DNA of 63,799 nt, filler included, from Octopus bimaculoides (GCF_001194135.2; 5 parts of 4 records of this genome joined end to end with filler, not necessarily neighbours in it); one strand, 5' to 3'; shown: positions 1 through 10,165, numbered from the whole stretch's first letter. Notes: generated from the sequence alone by a model not told the origin. Translations and numbers: made by a program.

Positions 1-399
1 AGGGGGTTCAATTCATTCAACTAAAAATTCAAGGCTATGCCCCAGCATGGCCGCAGTCTAATGACTGAAACAAGTAAAAAAACAAAACTAAACAAAGAAA
101 AAAAAAACAAGATTAATTGATTATTAAGTCAGTAAAATGTGTCGGATCAGTGATTAATGCAGGTCAGTCAGTGCAATTGATATAACAAAAACACTGTTGT
201 TGTTGTTGTAATAGTAGGTCAACTATGATAAAGCAGACCTAGGGTGTTGAAAATTGTGACCTTCACTCCTTTATATCGGAACGTGGCACTTCTAGGATTA
301 CATTGTCTAATATAGCTTTTATTTGTAATGTTCCCCCATTCCATTTTCTGTTTTATAATTTCCCACCCCTCCCCACTCCCACCTGCAAATCATATCTAT

Positions 400-600
400 A
401 TTATGGACTGTGCCCATGCTGGGGCACCTTGTAGGATTAGACAAACGAATCAATCCCAGGGTTTATTTTAAGTGTGTTACTTATCATTCCTTTGGTCTCT
501 GTTGATAAACCCCCACGTTATAGGGATGTAAACATACCAACAGAGGTTGTTAAGTGGTGGGGGTGACACACAATCACAGATATACACACATACATATTAG
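400..600 (-). mobile_element. SINE family A, 3' half, diverged
   Basis: Reverse complement aligns by eye to the tail half of 647-1110. Confidence 0.7.
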
Positions 601-646
601 CACACACACACACACACATACACACATGCACTCACACACACATATA

Positions 647-973
647 GGCTCAGGAGTGGTTGTGTGGTAAGAAGCCTGCTCCCCAACCTCACAGCTCTGG
701 GTTCAGTTCCATTGCATGGTACCTTGGGGCAAGTGTCTTCTACTATAGCCTCAGGCTGACCAAAGCCTTGTGAATGGATTTGGTTGATGGAAACTGAAAG
801 AAGCCCGCTGTATGTATTTATATAGATATATATGTGTATGTGTGAGTGTGTGTGTGTATGTGTGTGTGTGTCTGTGTTTGTCCCCCTACCACTGTTTGAC
901 AACCTGTGTTGGTGTGTTTACATCCCCATAGCTTGTGCAGTTCGGCAAAAGAGACCAAAAGAATAAGCACAAG

Positions 974-1018
<45 letters not shown>

Positions 1019-1110
1019 TGTGGCTGATTTGTTTGACTAAAATTCTTCAAGGTGGTGCTGCAGCATGGCCGCAGTCAAATGACTGAAACAAGTAACAGAA
1101 TAATAGAATA
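647..1110 (+). mobile_element. tRNA-derived SINE, family A (CORE-like CCTTGGGCAAGTGTCTT body), near full length, with internal poly(A) at 978-1014
   Basis: A-box-like TGGTTGTGTGGTAAG and B-box-like GGGTTCAGTTCC are present, and the same sequence recurs many times in the window. The tail is CAGCATGGCCGCAGTCAAATGACTGAAAC. Confidence 0.85.
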
Positions 1111-1463
1111 TAGGTATATATTTTCTCTCTCTCACTCTCTCAATATTTTTGCATCTATTTTTGAGTTGGTTTCTTTGCTGACATTTTTGAACTCTTCAGA
1201 AAATTCTATGACAGAATTCCAATATTTCCTTGTTTCCATATGTAAATTTTCTGACTTGTATTCCACTTCTGCATTCAATCATCTCTGCTGTCTCTTTTCA
1301 TCTTCTTGGAATGTTTTATTATCAAAGAATTATCCTTGTCTTTTCTTCCGAGTGAAGCACTCTTTCAAGTCCAGTCAGCAATTGTTGCAAAAAGAATTTT
1401 ATTTTCATAAAATTTATTTCAGTCTCTTTGATTTTGTATCTTTTATGTCATATAGTATTGGCA

Positions 1464-1503
<40 letters not shown>

Positions 1504-1589
1504 ATGTGTGTATGAGTGTGTGCAGGTATGTATATATTGATATAAATGTGCATGTGTATATATATTCATGCACACACACACACATATAT

Positions 1590-1975
1590 GCACTGATATG
1601 GCTGTGCGGTTAAGAAGTTTGGTTTACCTCCCAAGCGTGTGTTCTTGTGTTCAATCCTACAGTGTGGCACCTTAGGCAAGTGTCTTCCTTTATATCTGCT
1701 TCCTGACCAAAGACTTTGTGAGCAGATATGGTAGAGGGGAAACTGATTGAAGTATATTATGGGCGTATATATGTGTGTATGTATGTGTGTATGTGTGTGT
1801 GTGTGTTTGGGTCTCCTTTGTCTTGGCATCACATGATAGTTGTGAGTGCCACAGTCGTACAAGTAAGTATCCTTCATTTCCAGTTTGTCATGAAAACATG
1901 TCTGGCCTGGGAGAAATATTAACTGGAATCAGTTAAAAGGTTGGTGACAGGAAAGGAATGAGTCAAGTTGGAATA
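1590..1975 (+). mobile_element. SINE with family-A head and core but a different tail (TTGGTGACAGGAAAGG type)
   Basis: Head and CCTTAGGCAAGTGTCTT core match family A. The 3' part matches the AGGAAGGGCATCCAGC repeat at 2320-2455 rather than the family-A tail. Confidence 0.6.
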
Positions 1976-2074
1976 TGCAAGACTTTATAAGCAATGCAGG
2001 AATTTACGAAAGTGAATAAAGAAGTCCTCTCAGGAAGAACACAGCCTTGCTTTCTATAATAGCAGCATCATCAT

Positions 2075-2890
2075 CATTATCATCATCATCATTTAATGTC
2101 TGTTTCCCATGTTGGCATGGGTTGGATGGTTTAACAGGAGCTGACCAGCTGAAGGGCTGTTTAGGCTCCATGTCTATTCTGGCATGGTTTCTATGGCTGG
2201 ATGCTCTTCCTAACACCAACCACTTTACAGAGTGTACCAGGTGCGTTTACGCAACACTGGCACAGTTGCTTTTTACGTGGCATTATATATATATATAATG
2301 ATGATGATGATGATGATGTCCACCCTGCTGGGCAGTTGGTGTTAGGAAGGGCATCCAGCAGTAAAAATCATGCCAAAACAGACACAGAAGCCTGGTGCAG
2401 GCTCCTGCCTGGCCAGTTCTTAGTTAAACCATCCAACCCATGCCAGCATGGAAAGCTATAGCCTCGGGCTGACCAAAGCCTTGTGAGTGGATTATATGAC
2501 AGGCTTCTTTCAGTTTTCGTCTACCAAATCCACTCACAAGGCTTTGGTCAGCCCGAGGCTATAGCAGAAGACACTTGCCCAAGGTGCCACACAGAGGGAC
2601 TGAACCCAGAACCATGTGGTTAGTAAGCAAGCTTCTTACCACACAGCTACTCATGCACCTTTATCCTTCATTATCATCATCATCATTTTCACTTCCGCAT
2701 TTCTATGCTTGCATGGGTCAGATGGAATGCATTGAGGCAAATTTTCTACAGCTGGATGCCTTTCGTGTTGCCAACCCTTATCTGTTTTCCAAGCAAAGTC
2801 ATATTTCCCCCATGGCCAGGCACTGGAAACAGGCATCATTGCTTGTATGACAGTGATGCTCATTTACAACCATCACCTGATGCCAAGACT
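2075..2890. mobile_element. Cluster of SINE fragments: TTAGGAAGGGCATCCAGC / (GAT)n-tailed pieces at ~2080-2290 (-), 2320-2455 (+), 2680-2890 (-), plus a family-A 5' half at 2497-2660 (-)
   Basis: The motif is seen three times in both orientations next to (GAT/CAT)n. The RTE-like origin of the tail is recalled, not verified. Confidence 0.7.
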
Positions 2891-4591
2891 ACTTCCTTTG
2901 AACCTTCACTCGTAACTCAGAGTTTTGATAATCTATTTTGTGGTCAATCAAATATTTAAATCATCGAAATCTGAGGAATGTATTTATTTCCTCAGACTTA
3001 AAATATATTGACTTAAACACTCCCACGTGTTAAGTCTTTTAAACTCAAATGTCTTCTGCGATACTCCATTGTCTGAGATAATAAACTCGAGTTTGAAGCT
3101 TGGAGATTAAGGGTAGAAAAGAGACAAAAAAGCAGTTCCCCCCACTTTGCTCTTTGACTCATACTTTTTCTCTCAAGTAAACAAGTTCTCTTCCCCTTTC
3201 TCTCCTCTTAACAAACTGAATCTGACCACCTTCTCCCTCTCTCTATTCCTCTTTGCTCTCCTTTGCCCATTCTCTTTAATCTTCTCTCTCTCTCTCTCTC
3301 TCTCCTCCTCCTCCTCTCTATCTTTCTCTCACTCAACCTTTGTATTGATCTCTCCTCTTTCTTATTGCTTTTCTTTCATTTTCTCTCTTTCATCTTTAAC
3401 CTTTTTTTGTTTTTATTTGTTTCAGCCCACATTTGGGCTCCGTAAATGTATTGCTAGTTTTTGAAATGAGCCCCAAAGTAACAAAATGTTTACAAAACTT
3501 GAGTATTTTTAATGCATTGCAGCAGTGCATGAGGATGACTTTACAGTGATGTGCGTTGTGTGTGTCTGTTTCTGTTTTTAATCAATTGCAACATTTGTTT
3601 TATATATAATAAAAGAAACTTGATGGTGTGTTTTAACACATTTAATACCATATTTACTATAGTGTGGATTGAAAATGGTTGAAAATTGCCACTGTAAGTG
3701 GTTGGTTGATAGAATTAGTGACTAAATCTCCTTCAAATCACAACCTGCTATTGTAAAACAAGAAAGATCTCCCAAATAATGTAGTCTTAGATATACAAAA
3801 AGACAGAAGTGGACAATTGGAATGGCTTTACTCATAGGTGTGCTCAATCAGAGCTAACTTGGTCCTAATCAACAACAACAACAGCAACAACAACAAATAG
3901 TTGTTGATTTAATGTTACAGTTTGGCAACTATTAATAGTATAATTTAGATGTTGTTGCTGGGAATGGTTTATCAGAAGAGAATTCCTGCCATAAGTGTGA
4001 TTTTATTTGCTGTTGCCTGGCACCAGTTTATCTTGCTATAAATGTGATTCTGTTGTTGCCAGGCACCAATTTATCAGTAAAAATTTCCTGCTACAATCGG
4101 AATAACTTTGTCATTGTTAAGCTAATATTTGGGAACGTAAATATGTGAAATGCTGACAGAAGATTTTGATTTACATTATTTTCAACCAGGAAGTTTGCCT
4201 CATGACCAAGAGTGGTTTCACATGGTTTGCTATCAAAATGGTTAAACTGTACCTAGCATGTAAGTTTCCAAGAAATAAAATGCCTGTTTATGGATTTCAA
4301 CTGTCTTTCGTCTCTTGGACTGGAGTTTTTTTGTGGCATCATTGCAGTATATGTTGCTGAGACTCTTCCTGGCCCTCCCTCTGCCAGCATGAATGCACCT
4401 CAAGGTCTGGTTTTGTCCTACAGATTCTTCTCAGTATCTTCAGCAATGCTCATCACTCTTCATTCCTTCCTAACATTTGACACAAAAGCATCATCTTCAT
4501 GCAAACAACGCACCTAATCTTCATTGATTCCTTCAACAGGAACTTTTAGAACATTCTCCAGTGATGTTTCAAATTCAATATCAGTCTTCTC

Positions 4592-4821
4592 TTAACCCTT
4601 TCGTTACCATATTTCTGTTGAGATGTTCTGTGTTTCTTTCAATTAATTCTAAATATAACAAAGAATTTAGTAAAATAACTTAGTTATAATTAAACTAGTG
4701 TTAGGAACATAAATTGTGACTAAGGTTTGGGGAAAAATTTTAATTCAAAACTTTTGAAAAGAAGACATTTGTACAACAGAGCCAGATGCAGTTTCAGCCA
4801 GGTTGGTATCAAAAAGGTTAA
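4592..4821. mobile_element. piggyBac-type MITE
   Basis: TTAA|CCCTTTCGTTACCA ... TGGTATCAAAAAGG|TTAA. TTAA duplications lie at 4592-4595 and 4818-4821, the terminal inverted repeats are imperfect, and there is no ORF. Confidence 0.75.
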
Positions 4822-5074
4822 ACTTCATTTTCACATCTGTGCCATAAACAATTAATAGTCTGGGATCCAACAAGTGCTACAGGTTGCTTTCTTTGATTCT
4901 TCATTCCTTTATTGCAAACTCCACCATGTTTCTTCACATAATCTTGTCTTCATTTATTATTTTCACCTCTACTTACACAGGGCTAGACATCATCCTTTGC
5001 CTGTTTTGACACCATTATTTGGTCCTTAGATGCCTTTAGCAGAGCAGATCCACTCTGTTGAAAACATCCAGATC

Positions 5075-5338
5075 ATACAGTTCTATATTTAAGAGATGAG
5101 GAATTATGTACATTATTAACGTTATTTACATTTGACAGATATTTGTCCTCATCTTGTTTGTTGTTAACACGTTTTGGCTGATATACCCTCCAGCCTTCAT
5201 CAGGTGTCTTGGGGAAATTTCGAATCTGGGTTCTCATTCCTAAGGTATTTTTCGATGTTGTTATTATTATTATTCAGGTCACTGCCTGGAATCGAACTAG
5301 GAATCTTGGGGTTAATAGCCCACGCTCTTAACCACTAC
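5075..5338 (-). mobile_element. tRNA-headed SINE (family C) with a hammerhead-like CUGAUGA...(G)AAAC tail
   Basis: Minus strand head GTAGTGGTTAAGAGC...GTTCGATTCC (A and B boxes, anticodon-like arm TGGG-CTATTAA-CCCA). The tail contains GACAC CTGATGA A GGCTG-N10-CAGCC AAAAC GTGTT at 5208-5166. Confidence 0.7.
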
Positions 5339-5564
5339 TTTCTGCACCCCCATCCCTCCCTCTTTCCCTTCAGGCTCAGTGGCCCTGTAAGGGGTTGATG
5401 AGCACTACCTTCTCTCCTGAATAAACATTAAAATAAACAAAAGCTCTTTTCACTCCCACTCACTGATCACACTTCCATTTGCTGCTCTCACTCCCACTCA
5501 CTTTTTTCACTTCCACTCACTGACCACACTCTTACTTACTGTTTACATTCTCATTTCTTTGCAG

Positions 5565-7372
5565 GACGACCTCATGAGTCACTCCACTTGGAACTCAACA
5601 GAAACAATGGAGCTATTTCACAAACTGTTAACTCTTACAATGCATTTCATCCAGGACGTTATTTCCATGCGAATAATCATTATCACCATCATCAGCAACA
5701 ACAACAGCAACAGCAACAGCAACAACCACAACAACAACAGCTGCACCAACAAGTCCGTAAACCTTTGGTGGGTCTTGGTGCTTCTTATAATCGTGGTAAC
5801 CAGGTGCCCCAGACAGAGAGCAACTGTAGCCAGCGTAGACCCAAAGTAATTACCGTGGTTCGTTACGGATCTTACCCAAGGAACACTATTAAAATGTTCC
5901 TTAATCGTCAAACAATTCAGTCTTTTGAACAGATTATGGGAGACATTTCAGAATCTTTTGGTATCAAATGGCAAAACAAAAGATTTCACAGATTGCTTTC
6001 TTTACGTGGTAAACAAGTCCATGGCATCAATGATTTTTTTCGTGAAGATGATGTGTTCTTAGCGGTTGGTAATGAGCAGATATGCGATGGCGATATACAA
6101 GACATTATACAAGAACTTTACCCTAATAGTCCGTATGCTAAAAGTCTTTTAAAACAATGGCAGAAGACAAAGAGGCGCCGTCTTGTTCATGATGTTAAAT
6201 ACAAGTCGGAAAAACTCGATAGTGGTTTCGGTAGCAGCGAAAGCAGCAAGAAGGTTATCATGAATGATTACATATCTTCCAGTGATACCAGAACCCCTGC
6301 ATATTCTACAGAATTGGCCAGCAGCAGATTGAATCCAGGAAAGAATTTCCGGATGATGCTAAAAGCCGATCGATTTAAAGATCGAGTATTATATGAAGAG
6401 GATGTTGAAGTGAGAAAGCGTCAGAGGAAAATGGTCGAGAGCAATAAATGTTTTTCGGTCAGAAACAACAAGAACAACAAAAACAATGATAACAACAGTG
6501 ACAACAACAACAGCATTAGTGGTGTAGGTGGTGGTGGTGATGACGGCAAAGGGAGCAGAGGAGGAGGAAGAAAAAGCAAATGTGATGGTGACAAGGATGC
6601 TGACAATAATAACAAAAACAAGACCATGAGAGTTAAGAATGGCTGTCAGGATAAATCGGTAATGATTGCAAGTGAAGATAAAGAAAATTTGGTGAAGCCT
6701 CTGGTCAACAACGATGTGTTAATTGAAACAATGTCAAAGCTAATGGCAAGAATTTCGTCTGCAGATCTCACCAGCCTCTCCATCACTGACCTCACCGCTG
6801 ATGACAACATTCCTTCGTACGTCATTCACAACTACAACAACAACACGACCAATACCAACACCAAAGCCAGAATGTCTCCTCCTACCACTGTTTCTTTCAC
6901 ATCTTTGACCACTACTATTACTACTACTGCTGTGGCTGCTACTACGACGACTACTACTACCAACACGCCTGCAGCAGTGACCGCTACTATCTCTGTTTCA
7001 AACACAACCCCCAACATGATGTCATCGTCCAGTGAAATGAAGACTGACCAGCTGTCCGTGCTTGAACCCTTTCCAGCCATGAAATCGAAATTGGGGTACC
7101 AAGTATTGAACAACGACATCCTGGATAGGTATTACCTTGGCAGGACGTTGGGTTATGGTAACTTCGCCGAAGTACGAGAAGCCAAGCGAAAGCAAGGTTT
7201 GCCCTGCGAAGTAGCCATGAAGATCATTGACAAGAATAAAATAATCGGTAAAGAACGCATGGTAGAGAATGAGATTTATATACTGACTGTCTGTAGACAT
7301 AGCAACATTGTCAAACTGTATGAAGAATTTGAAACTCCAGATAGGATTTACTTAGCTATGGAATTAGTAAAG
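5565..7372 (+). CDS. DCLK3: DCLK3-like doublecortin kinase, first visible coding exon: polyQ N-terminus, one DCX domain (~5837-6076), long Asn/Thr/Gly-rich linker, kinase N-lobe
   Basis: Open frame of about 600 codons. It has a DCX-like block (RPKVITVVR...FLAVGNE) followed by IQELYPN, which resembles the EELYPN motif of vertebrate DCLK3. Kinase motifs LGYGNFAEV, VAMKIIDK, ENEI and HSNIVKLYEEFET follow. Acceptor tttgcag ends at 5564 and donor AG|GTAAGT is at 7372/7373 (phase 0). No in-frame ATG occurs before 5894, so an upstream exon is inferred. Confidence 0.9.
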
Positions 7373-7657
7373 GTAAGTAACTGCATGCTTTAATATATAT
7401 ACATTTGTATATATGTATGTATATAACACACAAAGTATGGGGGTTTAAATCACAGGTGATCTAAACGATTAGGTATGCCAGGTGAGTATTGTAACGGATT
7501 GCTGGGGCTCCAAGGTTATAGCCGAGACGGTAGTTATGGAGCCATTGCAAATTTCTGTTGCAGCAGATATATAATTGTTAAAGAGGACAGCAAACATTAA
7601 GACAAGGCAAACCTCTCAAGTCGTATACAATATTATCATAGGAAGAAGAAATTCAAA

Positions 7658-7713
7658 GTCTTACAGCTGTTTCTGGGATATTTCTGAGTATGGGATATTC
7701 CATCATCAGAGAC
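7658..7713 (-). ncRNA. Second minimal type I hammerhead ribozyme motif, in inverted orientation
   Basis: The reverse complement reads GUCU CUGAUGA UGGAAUAU-CCCAUACUCAGAA-AUAUCCCA GAAA CAGCUG UA AGAC. All core nucleotides are present and stem II has 7 of 8 pairs. Confidence 0.8.
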
Positions 7714-7776
7714 AAATAGGGAAATATATATATATATATATATATACCATTCTCATTTTCCCTGTTTTCCCTATTT

Positions 7777-7832
7777 GTCTCTGATGATGAAATATCCCAT
7801 ACTGGAAGATATGCCAGAAACAGCTGTAAGAC
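7777..7832 (+). ncRNA. Minimal type I hammerhead ribozyme motif (Penelope-associated type), sense to the kinase pre-mRNA
   Basis: GUCU(7777-80) CUGAUGA(7781-87) stem II UGAAAUAUC/GAUAUGCCA (7 of 9 pairs) GAAA(7817-20) CAGCUG UA(7827-28) AGAC(7829-32). Stem I is GUCU/AGAC and stem III is the palindrome ACAGCUGU. Activity is untested. Confidence 0.8.
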
Positions 7833-8365
7833 TTTGAATTTCTTCCTATAATAATATTGTATATGACTTGAGAGGTTTGCCTTGCCTTAATGTTTGCTGT
7901 CCTCTTTAACAATTATATATACATATATATATATATACATATATATATACATACATACATATATACATACATATATATATACATACATACATATATACAT
8001 ACATACATATATANNNNNNNNNNNNNNNNNNNNNNNNNNNNNNNNNNNNNNNNNNNNNNNNNNNNNNNNNNNNNNNNNNNNNNNNNNNNNNNNNNNNNNN
8101 NNNNNNNNNNNNNNNNNNNNNNNNNNNNNNNNNNNNNNNNNNNNNNNNNNNNNNNNNNNNNNNNNNNNNNNNNNNNNNNNNNNNNNNNNNNNNNNNNNNN
8201 NNNNNNNNNNNNNNNNNNNNNNNNNNNNNNNNNNNNNNNNNNNNNNNNNNNNNNNNNNNNNNNNNNNNNNNNNNNNNNNNNNNNNNNNNNNNNNNNNNNN
8301 NNNNNNNNNNNNNNNNNNNNNNNNNNNNNNNNNNNNNNNNNNNNNNNNNNNNNNNNNNNNNNNNN

Positions 8366-8875
8366 TTCAGTTATATTTATGATGATGATGATGAGGAGGA
8401 GGAGGATGGTTGATGGTGTTTGTGGTGGCAGTGTTGGTGTGGATGGCTTTGAACACATCATGATAGCTATTGTTGATGATGATGATGATGATGATAGCTA
8501 GTATGATGTTGATTATGATGTGAAAACGTATTACGAAGACAATAATGATGATTGATGATGATTATGGTTGATGATTATTATGATTGATGTTGATCATGAA
8601 GTTGATGGAGGATAACAATCATTATCGGAGTCAGTGGAAGTGATCGTGGTCTGTTATTGTTGATGAAGATGGTGATGGTGATTATAACGATGGTTAATAT
8701 GGTGTTAGTTATGAAGACGATTTTGATGAGATAATGATGACTGGTGGTGATTATAACTGATGATGATTGTTATATGATCAATGGTTAATAAATTACTTGA
8801 TTAGCTATGACTGTTATGAATCTTAACGAAGCTAATGATAATGATGTTATTGTTGTTGATGATGATGATGATGTC
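8366..8875. repeat. Cryptic (GAT/GTT)n trinucleotide-derived tract in the kinase intron
   Basis: Decayed GATGATG/GTTGAT periodicity over about 500 bp. Confidence 0.8.
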
Positions 8876-8914
8876 ACTTCCTGCTGCTACTCTCTCTCTC
8901 TCTCTCTCTTGTAG

Positions 8915-9061
8915 GGAGGTGATCTATTCGATGCCATCACTCAGAGTGTGAAATTTGAAGAACCACAGTCAGCGATAATGGTTCAAGACTTGGGTAGTGC
9001 TCTCTTTTATTTACACTCCATGGGGATTGTACACAGAGACCTGAAGCCTGAGAATCTATTG
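8915..9061 (+). CDS. DCLK3: DCLK3-like exon: [49 protein letters not shown] (catalytic loop)
   Basis: Manual translation; it is not in the ORF track. A (CT)n tract plus gtag acceptor ends at 8914, the exon is 147 nt (phase 0/0), and donor G|GTAAGA is at 9061/9062. HRDLKPEN is intact and continues MELVK directly. Confidence 0.95.
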
Positions 9062-9100
9062 GTAAGATTAATTAGCCTTTATCAATTTTATCATTATTAT

Positions 9101-9460
9101 TATTTACCTCTGCCTTAATGAAGGCGGAGGTATTGTTTTCAGTTGTGTTTGTTTGTTTGTTTGTCCGTGGACAAGATATCTCAAGAACCGCTGGATGGAT
9201 TCGGATGAAACTTTTAGGGATGTTTGGTCTTGTGACTGGCACAAACTGATTAGATTTTGGGATCAATCCAGTACTGGACAAGGATTCTGGATTATTTTCC
9301 TGTTTTTTTTACTTAATTTTTGAGAGCAGTCAAGTTCATTTTAGTATTCTCATTTGTGAGAGGAATAGAGTTTATTTCAGATATTCTCATTTAAAAACTC
9401 ATCTCTGGCTAATCGTTGAGAGGACGTTGGTGGGGGTTGCACTCTCTGACTGCTCTTGTT
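9101..9460 (+). mobile_element. Non-autonomous Helentron-type (HINE/DINE-1-like) element in the kinase intron
   Basis: 5' TTACCTCTGCC-N8-GGCGGAGGTA subterminal inverted repeat, then (GTTT)n, then a 3' GGTGGGGGTTGCACTCTCTGACTGCTCTTGTT end with a short hairpin and TT. This is the known HINE architecture. Confidence 0.7.
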
Positions 9461-9488
9461 GTTATTATTATTATTATCATTATTATTA

Positions 9489-9630
9489 GGGTGGCAAACT
9501 GGCAGAATTGTTAGTACACTGTGCAAAATGTTTAGCAGTATTCCGTCTGCTGCTACGTTCTGAGTTCAAATTCCACCGGGGTCGACTTTGCCTTTCATCC
9601 TTTTGGATGAATTAAGTACCAGTTACGCAC
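9489..9630 (+). mobile_element. tRNA-derived SINE family B (GGCGGCGAGCTGGCAGAA type), truncated
   Basis: B-box-like GAGTTCAAATTCC and GTCGACTTTGCCTTTCATCC; matches 53910-54118; preceded by (TTA)n. Confidence 0.8.
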
Positions 9631-10019
9631 TTGTTTAGACATAGCATGTTTAAAACTTAAATATCCCATGCGTCCTTATTGNNNNNNNNNNNNNNNNNNN
9701 NNNNNNNNNNNNNNNNNNNNNNNNNNNNNNNNNNNNNNNNNNNNNNNNNNNNNNNNNNNNNNNNNNNNNNNNNNNNNNNNNNNNNNNNNNNNNNNNNNNN
9801 NNNNNNNNNNNNNNNNNNNNNNNNNNNNNNNNNNNNNNNNNNNNNNNNNNNNNNNNNNNNNNNNNNNNNNNNNNNNNNNNNNNNNNNNNNNNNNNNNNNN
9901 NNNNNNNNNNNNNNNNNNNNNNNNNNNNNNNNNNNNNNNNNNNNNNNNNNATGATGATGATGATGATGATGATATATACACCATGGGCTTCTATACAGTT
10001 TCCATCAACTAAATTTCAG

Positions 10020-10165
10020 TTCCCCCTGATCTATCAACAGTTTATTCATTTACAGCTGAGTGGAGTGGAGTGTTTTGCTCAAGAACACAACATACAGCCC
10101 AGTCTGGGATTTGAAACCACGACCTTGTAACCATGAGCGGCAACACTCTAACCGTTAGGTCACGT
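10020..10165 (-). mobile_element. tRNA-derived SINE family D fragment
   Basis: Minus strand GGTTTCAAATCCCAGAC...GTGTTCTTGAGCAAAACACT...CCACTCAGCTG matches 36235-36480. Confidence 0.65.

Larger units (their letters stand above)
7567..7920. repeat. Foldback (inverted repeat) with ~155-bp arms around a (TA)n-containing spacer
   Basis: Arms 7567-7724 and 7766-7920 are closely similar reverse complements. The ORF track shows near-identical peptides (MLKRTANIK...) on opposite strands. Confidence 0.95.

Noticed and set aside
1052-1540. 162-aa hydrophobic ORF
   Set aside because: Starts in a SINE tail and ends in (GT)n; no recognisable domain.
3950-4120. Three degenerate ~50-bp units (GTTGCC.GGCACCA.TTTATC) as a CRISPR-like array
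   Set aside because: Eukaryotic context, units diverge along their whole length, and there are no unique spacers or cas genes. It is an ordinary decayed tandem repeat.
5275-5338. tRNA genes in the SINE heads (here and at 647, 12934, 36235, 53910)
   Set aside because: No acceptor stem or full cloverleaf, and each continues into a repeat body.
7567-7920. Foldback as a simple Tc1/mariner MITE with TA duplication
   Set aside because: Not excluded, but the arms are long, contain complete hammerhead cores and lack recognisable transposase-binding termini. A Penelope-type origin explains more.
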